This document shows, one piece after another, positions 19,620 through 28,797 of a DNA stretch of 64,000 nt. How positions within the stretch are numbered: position 1 is the stretch's first letter; the number at the start of each line of letters is the position of its first letter. Below the pieces are notes generated by a model that saw only the letters and a program-made list of their open reading frames with translations, had not been told where the DNA came from and searched no databases. Source of the stretch: Sphingomicrobium sp. (GTDB taxonomy: Bacteria; Pseudomonadota; Alphaproteobacteria; Sphingomonadales; Sphingomonadaceae); assembly GCA_025450755.1 (NCBI GenBank), contig JANWLR010000088.1, positions 4,988-68,987 on the forward strand, read 5' to 3'. The translations under genes were made by a program, and so were the position numbers.

Positions 19620-21254
19620 TCAGCCGCGCTCGGGAGTCGGGTAAGGGATCCCGACCGGTTTTCCGTCCTTGTTCCCTCCCGGCGAGTAGCGGCACACCAG
19701 CCAGCCGTAACCGCCGCCAATTGCATAGCCGCAACCGATGTCGGTCGTCGTCGGCCAGATCATCTGGGTGTAGTGTGCGACGTTCATCCAGTTGCCGTCG
19801 CGCGCCACGTTCGGGAAATAGCCTGGCACGAAATCACGCTTCTCGACCGTCCAGCTCTGCATCATCCGGTCGACCGACCAGCCGGGATTGTACTGAAGCA
19901 GATTCTCGCTCTCCATCCCGCGGCCCTCGCGAGGCGCGTGGACGAGCTGGTGCGTGGCCGCGAGCTGCTGCGCATAAGCTGTCGCGTTCCATTCGAGCTT
20001 GAAGTTCCATTTGAGATCGCGGGCGTGCACCGCCCCTCGTTCGAGATTATGGATGTAGAGGATCCGCTGGTCCGTCGGGCCGAGCCACATCGGTAAGTGC
20101 CTATACGGCCTTATCGGTCTTAGGCACTTGAACTTCTTGGCGGCCGCGATCGCCTCGTCAAGGTCGTCGGCAATCGCTTGAGCCTCCGACGCCGAGATAA
20201 GGCTGAAGTGGCCGGCGGACCGTGCAGCGATCGTCGCTGCAACTGCCTCCGCTTCCAGCTGCTCCAGCCTCGGGACGAGCGCCTTGACGGCCGCTTCGTC
20301 GCAATCGTCCATCGCATCGTCGAGATCGTCCAGAGCGTCCTCAGCATCATCTTCCAGTGCATCCAAAGGGCCTCTGCGCAACTGCAACCCGTGCTGGAGC
20401 GCCTGCGACGCGGGCGGCTGGGCGCCGCCCGGCTGCGGCGTCGGCTGCCGTGGAGGTGGAGGATTTAACGGCTTGAGTGGTGGCAAGAGCGGCGGACAAT
20501 CGAGATTCAGCAATTTCCCCAGTCGGTCGATTTCAGCGGTGAGCTGCAACCGGTGCGCGCGGCCTTCGGGCGTAGTGCCGTCGATCGGGATAAGCTCTTC
20601 TTCCAACCGCAGAATCTCGTCCTGTATCCGCAATACCGCATCGGTTCGCTGATTGTCCGTGCAACCAGTTTTCGGCCTGTTCGCGGGTTGCTGCGGCGCA
20701 GGCGTCGGCGTCTTCTTGGGAGGAGCTGGAGGAGGCGCAGTCACGGGAGGAGTCTGGACCAGTGGTGGAGAGGCGGGCATGGGCACCGTCTTTTTCTCAG
20801 TGCAATCGTGAATCGGCGCTTGCTCGACACGGTTCGCCTTGGCCAACGCCGAATCACGCAGCTTCTGCAGGGCATTGTCGTCGGCGGTCCAGTAGCTGCG
20901 CTCATCCGGGTGGATACCTGCTGCGTCGAGCTGCGGACCTGCGGTCGGCGTCGCCGCCATCTTGATGAATCCGGCTTTGAATTTGGCATATTCCGTCCGA
21001 AGGACAGCAATTTGCGCCTGAAGAGCCCGGAGCTTCGTCAGATCTTCAGTACGCTCCTCGGCCGAGCAGTAGGTCTTGCCCGCGTACGCATCGTCGACCT
21101 GACGTTGCAGATCGGCGATCCGGTTCTCGATATCAGTTTGCTGCGACTTGAGATTTCCGATCCTCTGCGCGTCGGCCTTTTGCGCGCACGCGACAGTCGG
21201 CACCGAAGTCAGAATTGTGGCTGAAGCCAGCAAACCCAGGAAACGGCCAAGCAT
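19620..21254 (-). CDS. Secreted modular protein with C-terminal CAP (SCP/PR-1) domain
   Basis: Signal peptide, helical modules and Pro-rich linkers; HNLER, ENL, HYTQMIW, IGCG, VCRYSPGGN. Confidence 0.85.
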   Translation of the reverse strand: MLGRFLGLLASATILTSVPTVACAQKADAQRIGNLKSQQTDIENRIADLQRQVDDAYAGKTYCSAEERTEDLTKLRALQAQIAVLRTEYAKFKAGFIKMAATPTAGPQLDAAGIHPDERSYWTADDNALQKLRDSALAKANRVEQAPIHDCTEKKTVPMPASPPLVQTPPVTAPPPAPPKKTPTPAPQQPANRPKTGCTDNQRTDAVLRIQDEILRLEEELIPIDGTTPEGRAHRLQLTAEIDRLGKLLNLDCPPLLPPLKPLNPPPPRQPTPQPGGAQPPASQALQHGLQLRRGPLDALEDDAEDALDDLDDAMDDCDEAAVKALVPRLEQLEAEAVAATIAARSAGHFSLISASEAQAIADDLDEAIAAAKKFKCLRPIRPYRHLPMWLGPTDQRILYIHNLERGAVHARDLKWNFKLEWNATAYAQQLAATHQLVHAPREGRGMESENLLQYNPGWSVDRMMQSWTVEKRDFVPGYFPNVARDGNWMNVAHYTQMIWPTTTDIGCGYAIGGGYGWLVCRYSPGGNKDGKPVGIPYPTPERG

Positions 21255-21316
21255 GCGCGCCCCCGCCGCATGTAAAGAAAGATTTTACGCTCAAGCTGTC
21301 CCGACTGCAACGGCCG

Positions 21317-21347
21317 CTAACGTCTGCAATGGATCAAAAGCTGATGT
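21317..21347 (+). repeat. Degenerate palindromic intergenic repeat
   Basis: CTAACGTCTGCAATGGATCAAAAGCTGATGT, an imperfect hairpin in the same orientation as the 19600 half copy. Confidence 0.5.
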
Positions 21348-21390
21348 GGCCAGCGATCCCGTAATGCTGCAGTTCGCAATCCTTCGTAGC

Positions 21391-21407
21391 GGTACCTAAT
21401 AGGTACC
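21391..21407. repeat. Perfect 8-bp inverted repeat near att (possible integrase arm site)
   Basis: GGTACCTA-A-TAGGTACC, about 40 bp from the tRNA 3' end, followed by AT-rich TAAGTAATTGATT. Confidence 0.55.
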
Positions 21408-21445
21408 CTAGCCAAAAGGTTGTTTCGCGTAAGTAATTGATTCTA

Positions 21446-21522
<77 letters not shown>

Positions 21523-21550
21523 GTGGCGGCGGACTTAGCGACGCCGGGCC

Positions 21551-22621
21551 TTAGCGGCAAGGAGTGAGGAAGGCCTCTAGCTCCTCATGCAGCCGAGCTC
21601 GCGCCGAGCCCACGATCATACCCACATGGCCCGAGGGAATTGCGATAACGTCGCCCGACACTGCGGTCTGTGGCGGCGCGATGAGGTCGCGCTCGGCCGT
21701 CAGGTGTAATGAGGGAACGCAGAGCCGGTCGGATGCGGCACTTGCACCGCACATCCACCTTCCAGATCCGGGCAAGTCCTTTCCGAATAGATCTTCGACC
21801 AATTCCTTCGCTGCAGGATAAGGCAGGGGCTCTCCCTCGTTCGCCCATTCCTCGAGCTCGAGGAATCGCTGCGCGTCGTCGCTCGCTGGATCGAGCAGGC
21901 CGAAGTCCGCAAACTTGCGGACCGTGCGCTCCGGATCGAGCGACCAGAATGCCGCCTGAAGGACCTCCATGGGAAGGGCGCCGAGGGCATTTGCTGCCGC
22001 CTCGGAATGGCGCCACATGTCCTGAAGCGCGCGTTTCGATGCCTCCGGATAACGCGCAAAGTGCCACGGCGCAGCAAGCGTAGCGAGCCGCTCGACAGCG
22101 ACGAGATTGGCAGCCGCAATCGCCATGGTCCCGCCAAGACAATAGCCGATCAAGGCCACAGGCTGGCCGATGCTGCGCAGCAAAGGAAGCAGCAATTCCT
22201 CGACGTGCCCGGCTACTGATAGGTCGCCGCGCTCATCGGCTTTTCCCCAGTCGAGCAGAAGCGATCGCCGTCCCATCCGTGCGACCGCGGCGGTGAGCGA
22301 TACGTGCTCGTCGAGGTCGAGGATTCGCGGTGGATTGATGAGCGATGGCACGAACAATGCGACCTTCCCGCTTCCGCCATGGTCGCGCAGCGCAGCGCCG
22401 CGAACGCGTGCAACTTCCGGCTTTGCAGGGCGCCGTTCCCGCCGCCGTGCATGTTCATATGCGCGCAATCCTTCGAGTGCTTCCGCGGCGAGCTGCGGGT
22501 CCCGCGACGACACCTCGCGTACCAATTCGAGAAACAGCGGTAGCGGTCGCGGTGCGCGTTCATGTTGCAGCGCACTATCAACCGGTAGTAAGCCGCCTTG
22601 CGAATTTGGAGAGCTGTTCAT
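21551..22621 (-). CDS. PhaC-like alpha/beta hydrolase (start uncertain, may be near 22570)
   Basis: [13 protein letters not shown], PhaC-box GYCLGG, DLIAP, GHVG. Confidence 0.75.
   Translation of the reverse strand: MNSSPNSQGGLLPVDSALQHERAPRPLPLFLELVREVSSRDPQLAAEALEGLRAYEHARRRERRPAKPEVARVRGAALRDHGGSGKVALFVPSLINPPRILDLDEHVSLTAAVARMGRRSLLLDWGKADERGDLSVAGHVEELLLPLLRSIGQPVALIGYCLGGTMAIAAANLVAVERLATLAAPWHFARYPEASKRALQDMWRHSEAAANALGALPMEVLQAAFWSLDPERTVRKFADFGLLDPASDDAQRFLELEEWANEGEPLPYPAAKELVEDLFGKDLPGSGRWMCGASAASDRLCVPSLHLTAERDLIAPPQTAVSGDVIAIPSGHVGMIVGSARARLHEELEAFLTPCR
22566..22574. promoter_or_regulatory. Putative PhaR operator
   Basis: TGCAGCGCA (TGC-N3-GCA) upstream of phaR. Confidence 0.45.
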
Positions 22622-23141
22622 GGCCAAGTCTTCGGGCAAGGTGACGATCAAGAAGTACGCAAACCGGCGTCTCTATGACACGGAAAGCTCGACATACATC
22701 ACGCTGGACCGACTTGCGCAAATGGTGCGCGAAGGCCGCGAGTTCGAGGTGGTGGATGCGAAGACCGGCGAGGACATTACCAGGCAGGTGCTCACCCAGA
22801 TCATTGTCGATGAAGAAGCCCGTGGCTCGACCATGTTGCCGATCAACTTCCTGAAGCAATTGATCGGCCTCTACGGCAACTCGATGCAGAATTTCGTGCC
22901 GTCGTATCTCGAAGCTGCGATGGATGCATTCCAGCGCAATCAGAGCGCGGTGAAGGACGCGTTCAGCGGCAATGTCTTCGCAGATCTTGCGAAGCGGAAC
23001 ATGGCGATGTTCGAGGATGCGAGCCGCGCCTTCAGCAGCAAGCCCAAGGCAGAGACGAAATCGAACGGCAATAGCGAAATGGAGCAACTCAAGGCCGAGC
23101 TCGCCGCGCTACAGGCCAAAGTCGACCGGCTGAGCCGCTGA
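22620..23141 (+). CDS. phaR: PHA synthesis repressor
   Basis: IKKYANRRLYDTESSTYITL, VVDAKTGEDITRQVLTQII; GGAGAG RBS. Confidence 0.95.
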   Translation: MAKSSGKVTIKKYANRRLYDTESSTYITLDRLAQMVREGREFEVVDAKTGEDITRQVLTQIIVDEEARGSTMLPINFLKQLIGLYGNSMQNFVPSYLEAAMDAFQRNQSAVKDAFSGNVFADLAKRNMAMFEDASRAFSSKPKAETKSNGNSEMEQLKAELAALQAKVDRLSR

Positions 23142-23146
23142 CGACC

Positions 23147-23599
23147 ATGCGATTTGCGATTGCTGCAGCGTCTGCGCTGATCGCCGCACCGTCATTCACG
23201 GCTCAAGCGCCCGATCTCGCAACGGCGAACCCCATTGCCGGCAATTGGACATACGCCGCGACCAGTGACGGAAGCGAAGCAGTTTTCGCCAACGAGAGCG
23301 GATTCCCGCAGCTTTGGGTTCAGTGCAGACGCGCGATGCGCCAAGTCATTTTAGCCAGACCGGCAACCGCTGCCGCGCCGCTCATCGATATCTGGACCAG
23401 CTCTCAGACGCGCAGCGTTCCGGCGAGCTTCAATCCCGCGACCGGCCGATTGACGATCGTGCTCGATTCGAACGATCGGTTGCTCGACGCGATTGCGAAC
23501 AGCCGCGGGCGCCTGGGATTCACCGTCTCTCTGCAGCCGACTTTAGTGGTGCCGGCATGGGCAGAAGCTGCACGCGTGGTTGAGGATTGTCGCGCCTGA
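23147..23599 (+). CDS. Hypothetical secreted protein
   Basis: Signal peptide; ends RVVEDCRA; starts 5 bp after the phaR stop. Confidence 0.7.
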   Translation: MRFAIAAASALIAAPSFTAQAPDLATANPIAGNWTYAATSDGSEAVFANESGFPQLWVQCRRAMRQVILARPATAAAPLIDIWTSSQTRSVPASFNPATGRLTIVLDSNDRLLDAIANSRGRLGFTVSLQPTLVVPAWAEAARVVEDCRA

Positions 23600-23710
23600 A
23601 ACGCGAAGGCAGAGAGTTTGCCGAAATTTTACGGAAGTACAAGTCTTGCGCTTCAGCCAACCATGAATCATCTTCTAGCCTGCTTCAACGCAGCGAAAGG
23701 AGGTGATCCG

Positions 23711-23761
23711 ATGTCTCATGGTTCAGCAGGGAGGTCGGAAAGGGGTGTTCGCAGGCTCTAG
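23711..23761 (+). CDS. Small ORF MSHGSAGRSERGVRRL within a probable small structured transcript
   Basis: Preceded by GAAAGGAGGTGATCC; has its own candidate promoter and terminator. Confidence 0.55.
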   Translation: MSHGSAGRSERGVRRL

Positions 23762-23802
23762 GTGCTGACGAACGGCCACATCTCCGGCCGCTGACCATGT
23801 CG

Positions 23803-23841
23803 AAGGGCATCGCTGCGCACGCGGCGGTGCCCTTTACATTT
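23803..23841 (+). terminator. Rho-independent terminator
   Basis: AAGGGCATCGCTGC-GCAC-GCGGCGGTGCCCTT hairpin followed by TACATTT. Confidence 0.65.
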
Positions 23842-23957
23842 GCTTTGGCAAATCCGGGCACCGCCCCTTTATATATCTGTCGAATGGCGGACTTCCGGCT
23901 TCATTCGGGAACCGTTACAGCCGTGAAGTGTCTTTTCGTGAACGGAGGAGATGAAGC

Positions 23958-24578
23958 ATGGCCAAATCCGCACGTAAGAGTTCTTCAAGTTCCTCTTCAA
24001 GGAGCAACAAGGATACGGTCGACAAGCTTGCCAAGGCTGCAATGAGCAAGGAAATGCTCGCTGCGGGACTTGCGGCTGCTGCCGCGGCAATCAGCGCAAG
24101 TCCAAAGGCACGCCGCGCGATCCGCGACGCAGGCCTCGACGCCGCCGACACCGCCTCGCAGGCCGCCAGCAACGTCATGGCAAGCGCGACCAAATTGGGT
24201 TCGCTGATCGCCGAAGCAGTCGCCGAGGCGGCTCAGCGCGTCATGACCGGCAAATGGACGATGGAGGGTAGCGCAAGCGCGAGCTCGGGCGGCACGTCGA
24301 AACCGTCCTCGGCACCGAGCCGCAGCAGCGGCGCGCGGAAATCGGCCGCCAAGGGCTCGAGCGCCAAACGCAGCACGGCGAAAAAGGCGAGAAGCACACG
24401 CGCCAAATCATCGACCGGAGGCGCTTCACGCACCACCACTGCGAGAAAATCCGTTGCGAAGAACCCGGCCGCGAGCCGGGCAAAGCCGCGCAGCACGAGT
24501 TCGCGCTCGCGCCGCAAGAGCCCTCGTGGACGCGGCGGATCGACAGGCGGAAGCCCGGGCGGCGGAGCCAACGCCTAG
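23958..24578 (+). CDS. Basic protein: Ala-rich helical N-half plus histone-H1-like Ser/Ala/Lys/Arg tail
   Basis: GGAGGAG RBS; tail ARKSAAK...TAKKAR...ARKSVAK. Confidence 0.75.
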   Translation: MAKSARKSSSSSSSRSNKDTVDKLAKAAMSKEMLAAGLAAAAAAISASPKARRAIRDAGLDAADTASQAASNVMASATKLGSLIAEAVAEAAQRVMTGKWTMEGSASASSGGTSKPSSAPSRSSGARKSAAKGSSAKRSTAKKARSTRAKSSTGGASRTTTARKSVAKNPAASRAKPRSTSSRSRRKSPRGRGGSTGGSPGGGANA

Positions 24579-26356
24579 GCGGCTCGGTCTTCGAACTGCA
24601 GGCGGGCCAGGCGCGCATAGAGCCCTCCGCGCGAGCTGAGGCTCGCGTGCGTGCCTTCCTCGACGATTCTGCCGCCTTCCATCACGACAATTCGGTCGGC
24701 GGCACGAACGGTCGCGAGCCGGTGCGCAATGACGATCGTCGTACGATGCTCCATCAGTCGGTCGAGCGCGTCCTGAACCAGCCGCTCGCTCTCGGCGTCG
24801 AGAGCGGACGTCGCCTCGTCGAGCAGGAGCAAAGGCGCATCGCGAAGCAAGGCGCGGGCGATTGCGATTCGCTGGCGCTGCCCGCCTGAGAGCCGCGCTC
24901 CGCCTTCGCCCATGTAAGTATCGAGTCCTTGCGGAAGTGCGCTCAGGAATTCCTCGGCGTTCGCATCGCGCGCCGCCTGCCAGAGCTCATCTTCGCTCGC
25001 GTTCCAGTTTCCGTAGCGCAAATTGTCGCGTGCGCTCGCGGCAAAGATGACCGTCTCCTGCGGCACCATCGCGATCCGGTGGCGAATATCGGCCGGATCG
25101 GCGTCCTTGAGATCGACTCCGTCAAGCAGGATGCGGCCCTGGTCGGGGTCATAGAAGCGCTCGGCCAACTGGAAGATCGTTGTCTTGCCCGCACCGGAGG
25201 GACCAACGACCGCGAGCCGTTCGCGCGCACGCACGGCAAGCGAGAAGTCGTTGAGCGCCGACGTTTCTCGTCGTGTCGGATAGTGGAAGGTGACATGTTC
25301 GAACACGAGCTCGCCACGGGCGGGTTCTGGAAGCTTGGCCGGCTCGGCCGGGGCGCGGATGTCGGGCTCGGCATCGAGCAGCTCACCGAGGCGTTCCGAG
25401 GCGCCAGCGGCGCGCAGCAGATCGCCATAGACTTCCGTCAGATTTCCGAAGGCTCCTGCGAGAAGGCCGCCATAAAGAACGAAGGCCGCGATTGTGCCTC
25501 CCGTCATTCGGCCGGCCGTAACCTCGATCGCGCCTTCCCAGATCACCAGGGTGATCGCCGCGAACATGAGGAACATGACGATCGCCGTCATCACCGCGCG
25601 CACGAGGATCCGGCGCTTGGCAGTCGTGAAGACCCGGCCGACGGCCTCCGCGAAGCGCGTCGTTTCGCGCCCCTGCTGATTGAAGGCTTGCACGATCTTC
25701 ATCGCGCCGAGCACTTCGCTGGTGACGGTTCCGAGGTCGGCTATGCGGTCCTGGCTGCGCGTCGAGATCGATCGCACTCGCCGTCCAAGGATCGATATCG
25801 GAAGCACGACGAGGAGCGCTCCAACGAGAATCGAAAGCGCAAGCTTTGCCGCTAGGGCGAACAGGATGACGACGCAGACGATTCCGAGGATCGCGTTGCG
25901 CAGGGCGACCGAGATGGTCGTGCCGACGACCTGTTCGATGATCGTCGTGTCCACCGTGATTCGCGAGGTGATCTCTGCCGGCCGGTTCTCTTCGAAGAAG
26001 GCGGGCGAGAGGCGCAGTAAATTGCGGTGCACTGCCAGGCGGATGTCGGCGACAGTCCGTTCGCCAAGCCAGGAGACGAAGTAGAAGCGCACCGCGGTCG
26101 CAAGCGCCATGACCCCGACGATTAGAAGCAAATATTCGAACCATCGGGAGATGTCCCGCGTGTCCCCGGCGCCCGAATGGAAGCCTTTGTCGATGATCAG
26201 TTTGAAGGCGTAGGGGACACCCGAAGTAGCTCCGGCGGCAACAAGCAATGCCAGTGCCGCCACTAAGATGTGTCCGGGGTAGCGCAGCGCGAAACCCCAC
26301 ACCATGCGCAGGTTTCTGATCGAGCGGCCCTTCGGGCGATTGGCATTGATGGCCAT
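24575..26356 (-). CDS. ABC transporter, fused permease/ATPase (MsbA-like)
   Basis: TM domain plus GPSGAGKT, LSGGQRQR, LLLDEATSALD. Confidence 0.93.
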   Translation of the reverse strand: MAINANRPKGRSIRNLRMVWGFALRYPGHILVAALALLVAAGATSGVPYAFKLIIDKGFHSGAGDTRDISRWFEYLLLIVGVMALATAVRFYFVSWLGERTVADIRLAVHRNLLRLSPAFFEENRPAEITSRITVDTTIIEQVVGTTISVALRNAILGIVCVVILFALAAKLALSILVGALLVVLPISILGRRVRSISTRSQDRIADLGTVTSEVLGAMKIVQAFNQQGRETTRFAEAVGRVFTTAKRRILVRAVMTAIVMFLMFAAITLVIWEGAIEVTAGRMTGGTIAAFVLYGGLLAGAFGNLTEVYGDLLRAAGASERLGELLDAEPDIRAPAEPAKLPEPARGELVFEHVTFHYPTRRETSALNDFSLAVRARERLAVVGPSGAGKTTIFQLAERFYDPDQGRILLDGVDLKDADPADIRHRIAMVPQETVIFAASARDNLRYGNWNASEDELWQAARDANAEEFLSALPQGLDTYMGEGGARLSGGQRQRIAIARALLRDAPLLLLDEATSALDAESERLVQDALDRLMEHRTTIVIAHRLATVRAADRIVVMEGGRIVEEGTHASLSSRGGLYARLARLQFEDRAA

Positions 26357-26480
26357 GCCGCTTCCCTAACAGGCAGCCCGCGCCGCCTCAAACAACTGCT
26401 TTGGGCATGGGTAATTCGACGCTGTCTGAAATGGTTGCTTCGAACAGGCGAGTGCGTAGTAAATGGCAGTTTAACGAATC

Positions 26481-27455
26481 ATGAGGCAGCAAATGGTTTC
26501 GGACGAAACTCAGGGCCGGCATGGATTTGCTGACCTGGTGGCGGAACTGACTGACAGCGACCTGGTCCTGGAGGCGGTCGCTGGCGCCGCCGCGCGAACG
26601 GCCCCCAAGCTGCCGATGCTTGAGAAGCTGCGCGAGGCCGTCGATGCATCCTATCGGGCGCTTGCCGGCTCGATTGCGGTCGAATTCGTAACCGTTGCCG
26701 TTCTCGAGGAATTGGAGAAGCGCAGCCTGTCGATGTGGTTGCGCGTCGACACGCGCGCAAAAGAGGGCGCATCCGAAGCGGGCGACGCTTCACTCCTCAA
26801 GTTCCTTGCACGCGGCACGTTGGCCATCGTCGCCTGGATGGACGGTTCGCCAACGCTGCAGCTTGCGGACCTTCAGCAGGCCATCCGCGTGCTTGCCTGG
26901 GGCACGTCAGTCACCACGACAGCGCACCCGGTGCTTCCATCCTCGGTTGAGCTGGTGAACGCGATCGCCGCCTGGCAGCAGGCGAAAGCGGCATTCAATT
27001 CCACTGACTGGGTGCGCATCTTCACCAACAATGGCTCGGCGGAGCTCGATCTATCAAAGCGGATCGACAATCCAAGGACGCTCCTTCTTGCCCGCAAGCT
27101 CGTCAACCATTCGGCGGACATGATCTTTGTCGTCGAAATGCCCGATTATCAGGGTTCGCGCGAATGGCTGCTGAAGCATGGTGACACGCGCACGGTCGCC
27201 TATTGCGATCCGGGGACGCAGCTCGACAAGTTCTACAAGCGGGAGCTCGACATTCGCCCCGGGGACGCGCTTCGCTGCAAAGTCGACTTTGAGACCTCGT
27301 ATGGGCCCGATCATGAGGTGCTCTCGGAGCAATACCGGATCGTGCAGATCATCGAAGTTCTGCCGGCTTCCCGACAAGGAGAAAGACCCGACGCCGAACG
27401 TTCAGAGCGGCCGGAACGGTCCGCCTTCCCGGAACTGGAAAGTGCCGGATCCTAG
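26481..27455 (+). CDS. Hypothetical protein
   Basis: 324-aa ORF filling the gap; C-terminal PDYQGSREW...IRPGDALRCKV segment; no recognised family. Confidence 0.65.
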   Translation: MRQQMVSDETQGRHGFADLVAELTDSDLVLEAVAGAAARTAPKLPMLEKLREAVDASYRALAGSIAVEFVTVAVLEELEKRSLSMWLRVDTRAKEGASEAGDASLLKFLARGTLAIVAWMDGSPTLQLADLQQAIRVLAWGTSVTTTAHPVLPSSVELVNAIAAWQQAKAAFNSTDWVRIFTNNGSAELDLSKRIDNPRTLLLARKLVNHSADMIFVVEMPDYQGSREWLLKHGDTRTVAYCDPGTQLDKFYKRELDIRPGDALRCKVDFETSYGPDHEVLSEQYRIVQIIEVLPASRQGERPDAERSERPERSAFPELESAGS

Positions 27456-27482
27456 GCCATTCAAAACGGGACATTCTTTTTT

Positions 27483-27491
27483 TGCGGCGCA
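27483..27491. promoter_or_regulatory. Putative PhaR operator
   Basis: TGCGGCGCA (TGC-N3-GCA) 70 bp upstream of phaZ. Confidence 0.45.
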
Positions 27492-27560
27492 ACATTGGCT
27501 TGCTAGTGGAGCAAACCTCGCCCACATCTGTTGCAACTAAGAGGCAAAAGATGAGGTTCG

Positions 27561-28790
27561 ATGCTTTACGACGCCTATGAAGTGCAGCGATCGCTTCTCG
27601 CAGGTGCGAGCAAGCTAGCAGGCCTGGGCGCCGGATGGCTGAACAACCCCGCCAACCCGCTCGGCTATAGTGCAATGGGGCCCCTCGTGGCAGCGAGCCT
27701 CGAAGTGTTCGCTCATGCGGCAGCCCCACGCGGCAAGCCTGAATTCGGGATCGAAAAGGTTCGAATCAACGGCAAGACCGTGCCGGTCCATGAGGAGATC
27801 CTTCTCCGCAAGCCATTTGGCCAGCTGAAGCATTTCTATCGAGAAGGCGTCCAGAGCGGTCCGCCGCTCCTGATCGTGGCGCCGATGTCGGGCCACTATG
27901 CAACGTTGCTGCGCGGAACGGTCGAGCGGCTGCTTCCGGGCGCTGATATCTACATCACCGACTGGCGCGATGCGAAAATGGTCCCGCTGTCCGAGGGCAG
28001 GTTCGACCTCGACGACTACATCGATTACCTGATTGAGTTTCTCTATCTCATTGGCGCCAAGACGGGCGAGCGCCCGCACCTTCTTGCTGTTTGCCAGCCG
28101 GCGGTCCCGGCATACGCAGCGACCGCGCTGATGAACGAGGACAAAAGCCGCTGGCGCCCCAGGACGCTGACGATGATGGGTGGGCCGATCGACACGCGCA
28201 AAGCCCCGACCGCGGTCAATACGCTCGCGACGCAGCGGTCGTTCAGCTGGTTCGAGCAGAATGTGATCGCAACCGTGCCGATGATCTATCCCGGTGCCGG
28301 GCGGAAGGTTTACCCGGGGTTCCTGCAGTTGGCCGGCTTCATGACGATGAACCTTGGCTCGCACCTCGTCAGCCATTGGGAGATGTTCAAGCATCTCGTC
28401 GTCGGCGACGAAGAGAGCGCATCGGCTACGCAAAACTTTTACGACGAGTATCGCTCTGTTTGCGACATGACCGCCGAATTTTACCTGCAGACGGTCGACG
28501 TCGTGTTCCAGCAGCATCAGCTGCCAAAGGGAGAAATGAAGCACCGCGGCCGCCGCGTTCGTCCGGATGCGATCCGCGACACGGCGCTTCTCGCCATCGA
28601 AGGCGAGCGCGACGACATTTCCGGCATTGGCCAAACCAAGGCGGCGCTCGACATCGCAACTAAGCTTCCCAAGGCCAAGAAGCAGTATTTCTTCGCCGAA
28701 GACGTCGGCCATTACGGCATCTTCAATGGCCGCAAGTGGCGCGAGAAGATCGCACCCGTGGTCGAGAAGTTCATTAAAGCAAACGCCTGA
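27561..28790 (+). CDS. phaZ: Intracellular PHB depolymerase
   Basis: VAPMSGHYATLLRGTV, AVCQP, GGPID, EGERDDI, VGHYGIFNG. Confidence 0.93.
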   Translation: MLYDAYEVQRSLLAGASKLAGLGAGWLNNPANPLGYSAMGPLVAASLEVFAHAAAPRGKPEFGIEKVRINGKTVPVHEEILLRKPFGQLKHFYREGVQSGPPLLIVAPMSGHYATLLRGTVERLLPGADIYITDWRDAKMVPLSEGRFDLDDYIDYLIEFLYLIGAKTGERPHLLAVCQPAVPAYAATALMNEDKSRWRPRTLTMMGGPIDTRKAPTAVNTLATQRSFSWFEQNVIATVPMIYPGAGRKVYPGFLQLAGFMTMNLGSHLVSHWEMFKHLVVGDEESASATQNFYDEYRSVCDMTAEFYLQTVDVVFQQHQLPKGEMKHRGRRVRPDAIRDTALLAIEGERDDISGIGQTKAALDIATKLPKAKKQYFFAEDVGHYGIFNGRKWREKIAPVVEKFIKANA

Positions 28791-28797
28791 GCCGAGC

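Noticed and set aside
23695-23709. 16S rRNA gene fragment
   Set aside because: Match is limited to 15 nt and is positioned as an SD; flanks are not rRNA-like
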